The translations under genes were made by a program, and so were the position numbers. 64,000 nucleotides of DNA from Alphaproteobacteria bacterium (GTDB taxonomy: Bacteria; Pseudomonadota; Alphaproteobacteria; Rs-D84), in the NCBI GenBank assembly GCA_017631895.1, contig JAGBSK010000030.1, positions 12,296 through 76,295 of the forward strand, read 5' to 3'. Position 1 is the stretch's first letter. The number at the start of each line of letters is the position of its first letter. Positions 29,546-38,575 of this stretch are shown here, piece after piece. The notes under the pieces are model-generated. The model ran no database searches and was not told where the DNA came from. It was given only the letters and a program-made list of their open reading frames with translations.

Positions 29546-30691
29546 TTAACTCCCCTTTGCAGATAATTGTTGGTCTTTGTGAATGTGTGCATTTTGGCAC
29601 AGCCCAAACCCAAACATCAGTGATAACAGGCTGCTGCCCCCAAACGACATCAACGGCAACGGCACCCCGACGGTTGGCAACAATCCCAAAACCATGGAAA
29701 TATTTATAAAGTAATAAACAAAAAAGTTCAACATAAATCCAAAGCACACCAATTGCCCAAATCTGTTTCTGCATGTTTTTGCCGTCCAGAACAGCGCAAC
29801 CACAATCCACGTATAAATCATCAGCAAACTGAATGCACCAATAAATCCGAATTCTTCGCCCAGCATTGTGAATATAAAGTCCGTCTGCTTTTCCGGCAGA
29901 AACGACTGTTGTGATTGAGTTCCCGCCATATACCCCTTGCCGGTCATGCCACCGCTGCCGAATGCAATCTTGGCCTGGTTGATTTGATAACCCGCCCCTT
30001 GCAGGTCGCTGTCTGGATTAAACAGGGTAATAATTCGTCCGCGCTGATAATCATGCAACCCACCAAACCAAACCGCCGGTGCCGCCATTAACCCCAGTAT
30101 TGCCGCAATAATAAACCATTTTTTATTCGCGCCCACGATATAGAACACACCAACCGTAATCATCCCAAGTGATAACGCTGTCCCCAAATCCGGCTGTGCC
30201 ACAATCAATCCAAATGGCACCAATAACATTAACATTGGCGCAATATAATTTTTGAATTGCCCCAGTTCCACCGAATTAAACCACGCAAAATATCGCGCCA
30301 ACGCCAGCACCAGCGCAATCTTGATTAATTCCGACGGTTGCACATGAATAACCCCCAGGTTCAGCCATCTTTGTGCCCCCATACCCGTATGACCAACAAA
30401 CGTCACCAGCACAATCATAATCAATGCAACCGCATAAATCAGATAAGCAGATTTAACCCAAGTTTTAATATTTGTAAATGCCGCGAAAAAGAATACCCCA
30501 AACCCAAGCAAAATCTTCATCAATTGCGACAATGCGAATGGTTTCCAGTTTCCCCCACCCGCCGAATACAGCACCACAATCGAAATCGCCAACACCATAC
30601 ACATTGGCACAAACAACCCCCAGGAAAATCGATTTAATTTTTCTGGTAATGTCATCATATTTGCATTTGAAACGCGTGTCTGTCGTGCCAT
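29546..30691 (-). CDS. mrdB: Peptidoglycan glycosyltransferase RodA (SEDS family)
   Basis: SEDS motifs (GAQRW..QPSEL), directly downstream of PBP2. Confidence 0.8.
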   Translation of the reverse strand: MARQTRVSNANMMTLPEKLNRFSWGLFVPMCMVLAISIVVLYSAGGGNWKPFALSQLMKILLGFGVFFFAAFTNIKTWVKSAYLIYAVALIMIVLVTFVGHTGMGAQRWLNLGVIHVQPSELIKIALVLALARYFAWFNSVELGQFKNYIAPMLMLLVPFGLIVAQPDLGTALSLGMITVGVFYIVGANKKWFIIAAILGLMAAPAVWFGGLHDYQRGRIITLFNPDSDLQGAGYQINQAKIAFGSGGMTGKGYMAGTQSQQSFLPEKQTDFIFTMLGEEFGFIGAFSLLMIYTWIVVALFWTAKTCRNRFGQLVCFGFMLNFFVYYFINISMVLGLLPTVGVPLPLMSFGGSSLLSLMFGFGLCQNAHIHKDQQLSAKGS

Positions 30692-30698
30692 GTTTTTT

Positions 30699-32474
30699 TT
30701 ATTTTATTCCTTTTAATAATTCTTTCATAACCGCGGAAACGGTGCGTGCAGCGGGCCCACTGCCACCCGAATGTTCTGTAATTGCGCAAACGGCGTACTT
30801 TGGTTTATCGGTTGGTGCATAACCCACAAACAATCCGTGATTTCGCATTTGCCATTTTAATTGTTCGTTGGTCAGAACACCGCTTTGACGTTCTTTTTTT
30901 GAAATACTGCGCACCTGGGATGTACCTGTTTTCCCACCCATACGCATACCATTAACATTAATTGCACTGCCAACCGCGGTCCCACCCTTTTTCAGTACCA
31001 TTTCCAACCCGGTCAACACAGACTGAATGTTTTTAGGCTGTAAATTCATACTGTCAAATTGTGGTTTTGCGTTGTCAAAAATCAGTCGCGGCACCACACG
31101 TTTATTGGACGCGGCGCGTGCCATCATTACCGCCAACTGCAAACAGTTTGCCAAAATAAATCCCTGACCGATACCGGAAATAACGGTATCACCATGCACC
31201 CAACGTGCACCAATCTGTTTTTCCTTCCAGTATCTGTCTGGCATAACACCCGGCATTTCACGGGACAAAATATCATCCATAAATTTTTCGGTCAGTCCCA
31301 ATCGAATTGCCATATCTTTGATTGCATCAATTCCAATACGCAACGCAATCTGATAGAAATAAATGTCGCACGAATGTTGCAGCGCGCCCGCCAAATCAAC
31401 GTGTCCGTGTCCCTTGTCTTCCCAGCAATGATATCGTCTGTCGCCATAGTCCCAATAACCCGGACAGAAAATCTTTTCTTTTGGATTTATCGCGCCCGAT
31501 TCCAATGCCGCCAAAGCGACCACAATTTTGAATGTGGAACCCGGGGGGTATAAACCCTCTATCGCCTTGTTCATAAAGGGCTTTGCCGTGTCCCCACGCA
31601 ACGTTTGAATATATTCATCCCCATCATCTTCACGGAACATATTTGCATCAAAACTTGGGGTTGATACCATTGCTAAAATATCACCCGTTTCAATGTCCAA
31701 TGCCACACCACACCCGGACCGATGTTGCATTAATGCGTCATACATAACGCGTTGCGCATTTTCATTAATTGTTGTTTTAACATTTCCACCAATTATTGGT
31801 GCAACATATTGTGATTTATCTTCACCGGTAATACGCCCAACCGCATTTGTAATCATAACGGTTTGACCGGCGGTTCCCTTCATTTCATCATCAAAACGTT
31901 TTTCAAGTCCCGTAACCCCTGTTGTTAAAAAGGGCGCATTTGGAACAGGCGTCTTAGGCTCGCCCACATAACCAAAAATCTGTGCACCGGCGGGTCCCAT
32001 TTCATATACTCGTGCATACCCACTTTCCACATGCAGCCCCGGCAAATTTTTCGCCTGTAATTTTGCCAACACGTTCCAGTTTGTATTTTCGCTGACCAAA
32101 ACAGGCTGGAACTTTAATTGTTTTTTTATTTTTGCGCGAATTTTTTCAACGCGCTTTGGGCGCAAATTCAAATCACGTGCGACTGTTTCAACCAGGCTAT
32201 CAACATCATGTGCTTCTTCGGGGACAATATAGATACGATAAATCGGAGCGTCGCGTGAAATGGGCGCACCATTACGCGATAATATTTTTCCGCGTTCTGG
32301 CATATCAATCTGAATACGGAACGAATTACTCTCGCTTTTCTTTTTATAGTCGCGATAACTAAACAACTGCATCTGCAACATGCGCAACACCAGCGCAGAT
32401 GTCAACACCGCCCCGGCGGTCAAAAATAATGCGCTGCGTCTGTCAAAGGTTCGTGCCACTTCTTTATCTATCAT
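30699..32474 (-). CDS. mrdA: Penicillin-binding protein 2
   Basis: N-terminal TM, STFK, SxN and KTG motifs. Confidence 0.85.
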   Translation of the reverse strand: MIDKEVARTFDRRSALFLTAGAVLTSALVLRMLQMQLFSYRDYKKKSESNSFRIQIDMPERGKILSRNGAPISRDAPIYRIYIVPEEAHDVDSLVETVARDLNLRPKRVEKIRAKIKKQLKFQPVLVSENTNWNVLAKLQAKNLPGLHVESGYARVYEMGPAGAQIFGYVGEPKTPVPNAPFLTTGVTGLEKRFDDEMKGTAGQTVMITNAVGRITGEDKSQYVAPIIGGNVKTTINENAQRVMYDALMQHRSGCGVALDIETGDILAMVSTPSFDANMFREDDGDEYIQTLRGDTAKPFMNKAIEGLYPPGSTFKIVVALAALESGAINPKEKIFCPGYWDYGDRRYHCWEDKGHGHVDLAGALQHSCDIYFYQIALRIGIDAIKDMAIRLGLTEKFMDDILSREMPGVMPDRYWKEKQIGARWVHGDTVISGIGQGFILANCLQLAVMMARAASNKRVVPRLIFDNAKPQFDSMNLQPKNIQSVLTGLEMVLKKGGTAVGSAINVNGMRMGGKTGTSQVRSISKKERQSGVLTNEQLKWQMRNHGLFVGYAPTDKPKYAVCAITEHSGGSGPAARTVSAVMKELLKGIK

Positions 32475-32922
32475 AGCCGACCCTTTGTATTAATTTTGCG
32501 ATTGGAATATAGACAGTGCACGCCAATGCGAAAATCCACATTCCGCGCAATAAATTCATAAATGTAAAATTTGCAACCGCCTGAATAAACAGCGCGATTC
32601 CAAAAAATACCATAAACGCAAACAACCCATAATTGTCCATACGTGGAATATCGACATATGTCTGAAAACTGTTGATTGAAAAAAACAGACAATACATTGC
32701 CAACCAGAAACAAACCGTTTCCATGTTATAATCCAAACACACACACATTAACACAGAAAACAAAGGAAACCAATTTGTTGGTCGAACAAAAGAACATATG
32801 AATATTGGTACAATTGCCAACACGCCCGCCGGGTTCCATGTGGAACTTGCCAATCGCCACAATCCGATTGTTAATAAAAACGGAAATGCGACGCGTAAAA
32901 AATGAATTATGTTTTCTTTCAT
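32464..32922 (-). CDS. mreD: Rod shape-determining protein MreD
   Basis: Polytopic about 150-aa membrane protein between mreC and mrdA. Confidence 0.6.
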   Translation of the reverse strand: MKENIIHFLRVAFPFLLTIGLWRLASSTWNPAGVLAIVPIFICSFVRPTNWFPLFSVLMCVCLDYNMETVCFWLAMYCLFFSINSFQTYVDIPRMDNYGLFAFMVFFGIALFIQAVANFTFMNLLRGMWIFALACTVYIPIAKLIQRVGYDR

Positions 32923-33743
32923 CTGTATTCGTTTTGTGGTGTGTCAAATTTCAGTACCATAACACGCGAAATTTCATCTGGGTCGGCAACGGCAACGTCT
33001 GTTGCATCAATCATTTCCCCAACAATCAGTCCCGCCGGCAACACACCCGAAATATTACTGCTGACCAGTTTAATGCCGCGCGCCGGTTGAAATTCAGGAT
33101 TACTAAAAAATCCCATTGTTGGATTTTTTGAACCATTTCCCGCCATAAAACCATAAACTTCGGACCCAACGACACGAACGGCAATGTTCGTATCAACGTC
33201 CGTCAACGCACGCACACGTGAAAAGTTATTTGCGCTGTCGATAATAATACCCGCCAATCTCATATCCGTAGTTGCGACAACCATACCCGTTTCCACCCCA
33301 TCGCGCGCGCCCCGATTGATAATATATGTATTATGCCCCATCGCACGATTATCACGAATAACATCTGCGATAACGGCATCCCTTGGCTGGGTTTTAATCA
33401 GTCCCAATTCATTACTTAACTTTTGATTTTCTTTGATTGCAACGTCGCACAAATTTTTATCAATCAACGCCGCATCCAGTCGTGCCCGCAATTCGCGGTT
33501 TTCTTCGCGCAGGGCGGACAATTCTGCAATTCCGCCAATTGTATCACCAACAACCCGGAACGGCCATGTAATCACGTCGCCAACGCCACGTGCCACCGGC
33601 ACCACCACATGCCCCAACGCATTCATTATTGCGTAATCAGGCTTTGCAATCATTATATATATAAACAGCACCGGCAACACCGCCGCCGTTGAGACCGCAC
33701 GAATAATCGGATATATTTTGGAAGATATCTTGTTTTGCTTCAT
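32919..33743 (-). CDS. mreC: Rod shape-determining protein MreC
   Basis: N-terminal TM, coiled coil, beta domains; operon position. Confidence 0.8.
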   Translation of the reverse strand: MKQNKISSKIYPIIRAVSTAAVLPVLFIYIMIAKPDYAIMNALGHVVVPVARGVGDVITWPFRVVGDTIGGIAELSALREENRELRARLDAALIDKNLCDVAIKENQKLSNELGLIKTQPRDAVIADVIRDNRAMGHNTYIINRGARDGVETGMVVATTDMRLAGIIIDSANNFSRVRALTDVDTNIAVRVVGSEVYGFMAGNGSKNPTMGFFSNPEFQPARGIKLVSSNISGVLPAGLIVGEMIDATDVAVADPDEISRVMVLKFDTPQNEYR

Positions 33744-33883
33744 CGGGCCTACTTTAATCCTAAAAAGTCAGATATTCAATAAAAACTTGATTTTTGAAAT
33801 AAATCTGCCAAAATAGCAATCAGTCAAAGTGGCAGGCATTGCCACCAGACGATAAAAACTATCTAAAAATAAAAGGATATAAA

Positions 33884-34087
33884 ATGCCAAAATTAAAGAC
33901 CAAGTCGTACTTGAAAAAACGTGCGTCTATGACCGCGACCGGCAAAATCCGTGTTGCACGCAACTCTCATAAAAAACTGTTGCGCAAGAAATCTGCCCGT
34001 GCAAACAAGGCGGGTGCAAAACCACAGTATTTGAACGATAACATGGTGGGACAGGCAAAAATCCTGGCTCCATACGGTTTGAAATAA
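33884..34087 (+). CDS. rpmI: 50S ribosomal protein L35
   Basis: MPKLKTKS.. start, basic 67 aa, upstream of rplT. Confidence 0.85.
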   Translation: MPKLKTKSYLKKRASMTATGKIRVARNSHKKLLRKKSARANKAGAKPQYLNDNMVGQAKILAPYGLK

Positions 34088-34101
34088 GGGGGTAACAGGT
34101 C

Positions 34102-34470
34102 ATGGCAAGAGTAAAACGCGGTACAACCGTTAAACAAAAGCACAATAAAATCTTAGCACGTGCCAAGGGTTACCTGGGCCGTCATCATTCAACATATCGC
34201 GCTGCCCGTGAAAAAACGGAAAAGGCGGGTCAGTATGCATATCGCGATCGTCGCGTTAAAAAACGTGAATTCCGCGGTTTGTGGATTGTCCGTATCAATG
34301 CAGCAGTGCGTGCAAATGGTATGACTTACAGCCAGTTTATGAACGGCCTGAAAAAGGCTGGTGTCGCCCTGGACCGCAAGGTTTTGGCCGAAATGGCATA
34401 TGCAGGCGATGCAAACTTCGTCAAATTGGTTGACACAGCGAAACGATTTAACAACGCCGAATCTAAATAA
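34102..34470 (+). CDS. rplT: 50S ribosomal protein L20
   Basis: [18 protein letters not shown].. Confidence 0.9.
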   Translation: MARVKRGTTVKQKHNKILARAKGYLGRHHSTYRAAREKTEKAGQYAYRDRRVKKREFRGLWIVRINAAVRANGMTYSQFMNGLKKAGVALDRKVLAEMAYAGDANFVKLVDTAKRFNNAESK

Positions 34471-34506
34471 TACCTTGTCGGCGGGGTATCTGTTTTGTAA
34501 TAATAA

Positions 34507-34533
34507 AAGCCGTCGTATGACGGCTTTTTTTAA
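34507..34533 (+). terminator. Hairpin AAGCCGTC-GTAT-GACGGCTT + T7 between rplT and pheS (terminator/attenuator 20 nt before the pheS ATG)
   Basis: Read directly. Confidence 0.55.
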
Positions 34534-34552
34534 GTTTATAAGGTAAGAAAAA

Positions 34553-35500
34553 ATGCACGAACAAATAAAGAATATTAACACATTAGAAGAATTACAGGCG
34601 TTATATACCGCAACATACGGTAAAAACGGCACTATGACTGCGCGCCTGCGTGACATGAAGAATCTGGACAATGATGCCCGTGCGGCATTGAATACGGAAA
34701 ATGCGACCCTGCGTGAATTATTCAAAACGCGCCAGGCGGAAATTGAAAACTCGGTTTTGATGGCGGGTTTGCAGAAACAAAAATTGGACATGTCGCTGAA
34801 CCCAGAACCGGAAAACCGTGGCACTTTGCACCCATTGACACAAAGTCTGTCGGAAATATCGGCGATTTTGGAATCGTTTGGCTATACAATGCATACGGGT
34901 CCAGAAATCGAAGATGATTGGCATAACTTTACAGCATTGAATACACCGGCGCACCACCCTGCCCGCGATATGCAGGATTCGTTCTTTTTGGAAAATGGCA
35001 ATGTGCTGCGCACCCAGACATCTGCAATACAAATTCGTGCGATGGAATCGGAATCTGTTCCTATTAAAATGTTTGGCATTGGTTCGACATATCGCAAAGA
35101 AATGGACGCAACACACAGTCCTATGTTCCACCAAATCGAAGGGTTATACATTGATAAAAACATTACTATGTCTGATTTAATCGCGGATGTTCGTGCATTT
35201 TTATCGCGTTATTTTGGCATTGATAATGTTGAACTGCGTATTCGTCCGTCATACTTTCCATTTACCGACCCGTCTATTGAAATAGACCTGAAATGGCGTG
35301 GCGATAAATGGTTGGAAATTATGGGCGCGGGCATGGTTCATCCAAATGTTCTGCGTAATTGCGGTGTAAATCCGACCGAGTACCAGGGCTTTGCTTTTGG
35401 TTTTGGTTGGGACAGATTGGCGATGTTAAAATATGGTCTGAACGACATTCGTCAGTTTTATGACAGCGATGTGCGCTGGTTGAAAAAGGCAGGATTCTAA
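34553..35500 (+). CDS. pheS: Phenylalanine--tRNA ligase alpha subunit
   Basis: Class II aaRS motifs (FPFTDPSIE, GAGMVHPNV.., GFAFGFGWDRLAM). Confidence 0.9.
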   Translation: MHEQIKNINTLEELQALYTATYGKNGTMTARLRDMKNLDNDARAALNTENATLRELFKTRQAEIENSVLMAGLQKQKLDMSLNPEPENRGTLHPLTQSLSEISAILESFGYTMHTGPEIEDDWHNFTALNTPAHHPARDMQDSFFLENGNVLRTQTSAIQIRAMESESVPIKMFGIGSTYRKEMDATHSPMFHQIEGLYIDKNITMSDLIADVRAFLSRYFGIDNVELRIRPSYFPFTDPSIEIDLKWRGDKWLEIMGAGMVHPNVLRNCGVNPTEYQGFAFGFGWDRLAMLKYGLNDIRQFYDSDVRWLKKAGF

Positions 35501-35515
35501 ATACAGGGGCAAAAA

Positions 35516-37819
35516 ATGAAATGGACTTATGATTGGTTAATTGAATATTTGAAAACGGACGCAACCGCGGAACAAATCGCAGATACCCTGACCCGTATCG
35601 GGCTAGAGATAGAAGACCTGCAATCCCCAATTGCCCCAATTGCGGCCAAGATTGTAGAATGCAAACCACATGAAAACAGCGACCACCTGCATGTATTAAT
35701 GGTGGACGATGGTGGCGCAACCCTGCGTCAGGTTGTCTGTGGCGCACCAAATGCACGCGTGGGCTTGATTTCTGCGTTGGCGGTACCAGGCTGTGTCATT
35801 GGTGGCATGGAAATCAAATCTGGTAAATTGCGTGGTGTGTTGTCAGACGGTATGATGTGTTCTGCGCGCGAATTGGGCATTGGCGACGACCACAGTGGTA
35901 TTATTGAACTGCCGGCCGACACAAAAATCGGTTCGCCTGTGATTGACGCGAAAACAGTCTTTGATGCGGGCATTACACCAAACCGCCCGGATTATTTGTC
36001 TGTACGCGGAATTGCGCGTGATTTAGCGGCGGCGGGTGTTGGCGAATACGTCGTGCCCGCGGACGCAGAATTCAAAACGATTGCGGGCGCGCGCGCGGTA
36101 AAACTGGAAACACCAAAGTGCCGTGCATACAAAATGATTGAAATTCACGGTGTGAATATTGCCCCAAGTAATAAGAAAATTGCATCCCGCCTGGCGGCGA
36201 TTGGTATTAATCCGAAAAATGCGCCCATTGATGCAACAAACTATATCTGCTATGACATGGCGCAACCAATGCATTGTTTTGACGCAGACGAAATCAATGG
36301 CGATATTGTTGTGCGCATGGCACACAATGGTGAAAATTTCACAGACCTGTTTGGCAACGTTCACGAACTGACCGAAAATGATATGGTTATCGCGGACGCG
36401 TCTGGCATCTTGGCATTGGCGGGTGTGATTGGTGGGGCGCGTGGGTCCACAACGGAAAACACCAAGAATATCATCCTGGAATCCGCGTATTTTGATCCGG
36501 TGTCTGTTCGTAAATCTGCGAAAAGATTGGGCATATCAACGGACGCATCATATAGATATGAACGCGGTATTGATCCAACAATAACGGGCCCGGCGGCGGT
36601 TGCTGCGGCGGATATAATTATGTCGGCATGCGGTGGAAAAATAGTCTGTGCATATGCGGCGGGTGATGACACCGCCCCCGATGTCCAGATTAAGTATTGC
36701 CCCGGGTTATTTGAACGTAAAACGGGTATGTACCTGGCGGATGATTTTCAGTACGATATTCTGACCCGGTTGGGATATGTTGTAAAAATGTCTGGAAATG
36801 TTTGGACATTAACACCACCACCCGCCCGCGTAGATGTTCAAATCCCAGAAACAGTTGTAGCTGATTTATTGCGTATATATGGCTATGAAAAAATCGCAAC
36901 GTCATCTGCACACACAATTGGCGACGCACGTCCACATGATACACATGAAATGGACATAAAAACATTACTGGCGTCGCGCGGGTTAAACGAATGTCGTTCA
37001 TTTGGATTTGGTAATCTGTCAACGGAACAGTTATTGTCCGATAAACCAAATGTAAAAATAGCAAACCCAATCACGGCGGATTATGACACAATGCGTAATA
37101 GTCTGTTGTGTGGATTGCTGACGGCGGTATCTAATAATGAAAAGCGTGGATATGCGGACCTTGGGCTGTTTGAATTGGGCACGGTATTTGATGGAGACAT
37201 GCCAGGTGGGCAACACACATCCCTGTGTATTGTTCGCACAGGCGCGACATCGCCCAAACATTGGACGGGGCGCAATCGCAACGTTGATGTTTATGATGTT
37301 AAATCAGATTTGATTGCATTAATGGCGGGCCAGCGTTTTACAATCTCGACCGACAACGCACCGCGTTGGGCGCACCCGTATCGTTATGCGGCGCTGTACC
37401 AGGGCAAAAAGTGTATCGCCGAATTTGGTGAATTGCACCCGTCAATTGCGAAAAAATTGCGTATCAAAACAAATACAGTTATCGCGATTGTGGACGATAT
37501 TCAAAACCTGCCGGCGTGCCGTCGTGGCACGTCCCCAGTGCTGTCGGATTTTCAGCCCCTGACACGCGATTTTGCGTTCATAGTGGATACTGACACAATG
37601 GCGGAAAAATTGACATCTGCCGCGCGCGGTGCCGATAATCGGATTACTGATGTTGTTGTCTTTGACGCGTTTGAATTGCCGGATGGTAAAAAGTCAATTG
37701 CATTCACAATAACAATTCAGCCGACGGATAACATGTCCGACACAGATTTATTGGCACTGCAAAATGCAGTAATTTGTGCGGTTGAAAAAAAATGCAATGC
37801 ACAAATCCGTGATAAATAA
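35516..37819 (+). CDS. pheT: Phenylalanine--tRNA ligase beta subunit
   Basis: tRNA-binding N-domain, B3/4, B5 and FDX-ACB architecture; follows pheS. Confidence 0.9.
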   Translation: MKWTYDWLIEYLKTDATAEQIADTLTRIGLEIEDLQSPIAPIAAKIVECKPHENSDHLHVLMVDDGGATLRQVVCGAPNARVGLISALAVPGCVIGGMEIKSGKLRGVLSDGMMCSARELGIGDDHSGIIELPADTKIGSPVIDAKTVFDAGITPNRPDYLSVRGIARDLAAAGVGEYVVPADAEFKTIAGARAVKLETPKCRAYKMIEIHGVNIAPSNKKIASRLAAIGINPKNAPIDATNYICYDMAQPMHCFDADEINGDIVVRMAHNGENFTDLFGNVHELTENDMVIADASGILALAGVIGGARGSTTENTKNIILESAYFDPVSVRKSAKRLGISTDASYRYERGIDPTITGPAAVAAADIIMSACGGKIVCAYAAGDDTAPDVQIKYCPGLFERKTGMYLADDFQYDILTRLGYVVKMSGNVWTLTPPPARVDVQIPETVVADLLRIYGYEKIATSSAHTIGDARPHDTHEMDIKTLLASRGLNECRSFGFGNLSTEQLLSDKPNVKIANPITADYDTMRNSLLCGLLTAVSNNEKRGYADLGLFELGTVFDGDMPGGQHTSLCIVRTGATSPKHWTGRNRNVDVYDVKSDLIALMAGQRFTISTDNAPRWAHPYRYAALYQGKKCIAEFGELHPSIAKKLRIKTNTVIAIVDDIQNLPACRRGTSPVLSDFQPLTRDFAFIVDTDTMAEKLTSAARGADNRITDVVVFDAFELPDGKKSIAFTITIQPTDNMSDTDLLALQNAVICAVEKKCNAQIRDK

Positions 37820-37825
37820 AAACGT

Positions 37826-37858
37826 TAAAAAAACCGGCAATCGCCGGTTTTTTATTTG
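37826..37858. terminator. Bidirectional terminator CCGGC-AATC-GCCGG with A7/T6
   Basis: Read directly between pheT and dnaQ. Confidence 0.7.
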
Positions 37859-38529
37859 TTAATTTTTTCCATAAACGCGTTGTGATTTTCAAGTTCTTCT
37901 GGTTTTGCTTCGAACTTACGATATGGGAAATCGCCACCAACCTTGGGGTGCGCCAACATGGCGGCATGTTGTTTGGCGATAATTTCCGAAACATCTGGTG
38001 CCGGCGCGGTATTTTCCAGTTCTAAATAAACGCGTGCTAAAATTTCCGAGTCAATTAACGCCCCGTGCGCATCCGCACGCGCCGTCAGCGAAATTCCATA
38101 CCATTTTGCCAGCGCATCCAACGTATAACTTTTTGGTCCAAACACACGGTTTCGTGCGATAACCAATGTATCCATCATCTGTTCGCGCGGAATTGGGCGC
38201 AACCCCAATTTATTCAATTCAAAATTCACAAATGGAAAGTCAAAGTCCAATCCGTTATGCGCAACAATGGGACTGTCGCCAATAAATTCCAGGAATCGTG
38301 GTGCAACCTCGCTCATTTTTGGTTTGTCTTCCAAAAACGCATTTGAAATTTTATGAACCATATATGTATCGGGTGGAATAATCTTGCCTTCGGGATTAAT
38401 GTATTCATGAAAATTGTTGTCGGTAATTTTCCCGTCTACAACTTCGACCGCGCCAATTTCAATCACGCGATCGCCGCGCATATATTCAAACCCTGTTGTT
38501 TCAATGTCAAAGCAAATAACACGTTTCAT
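37852..38529 (-). CDS. dnaQ: DNA polymerase III epsilon subunit-like 3'-5' exonuclease (DEDDh)
   Basis: Exo I FDIETTG, later exo II/III motifs; about 225 aa. Confidence 0.8.
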   Translation of the reverse strand: MKRVICFDIETTGFEYMRGDRVIEIGAVEVVDGKITDNNFHEYINPEGKIIPPDTYMVHKISNAFLEDKPKMSEVAPRFLEFIGDSPIVAHNGLDFDFPFVNFELNKLGLRPIPREQMMDTLVIARNRVFGPKSYTLDALAKWYGISLTARADAHGALIDSEILARVYLELENTAPAPDVSEIIAKQHAAMLAHPKVGGDFPYRKFEAKPEELENHNAFMEKINK

Positions 38530-38575
38530 CTTAATCCCAACCCTTGATAATAAATGTCGCTGGTATTATAATGGA

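Noticed and set aside
34517-34546. 9-codon Phe-rich mini-ORF MTAFFKFIR as a pheM-like leader peptide
   Set aside because: Its ATG sits in the loop of the terminator hairpin and its Phe codons are simply the terminator T-tract. A real attenuator leader peptide would precede the terminator. Kept only as a caveat in the attenuator finding.
38414-38575. N-terminal 54-codon extension of uvrD from the ORF-track start
   Set aside because: The extension overlaps the divergent dnaQ gene and is low complexity. The helicase N-terminus aligns from MVESML at 38576.
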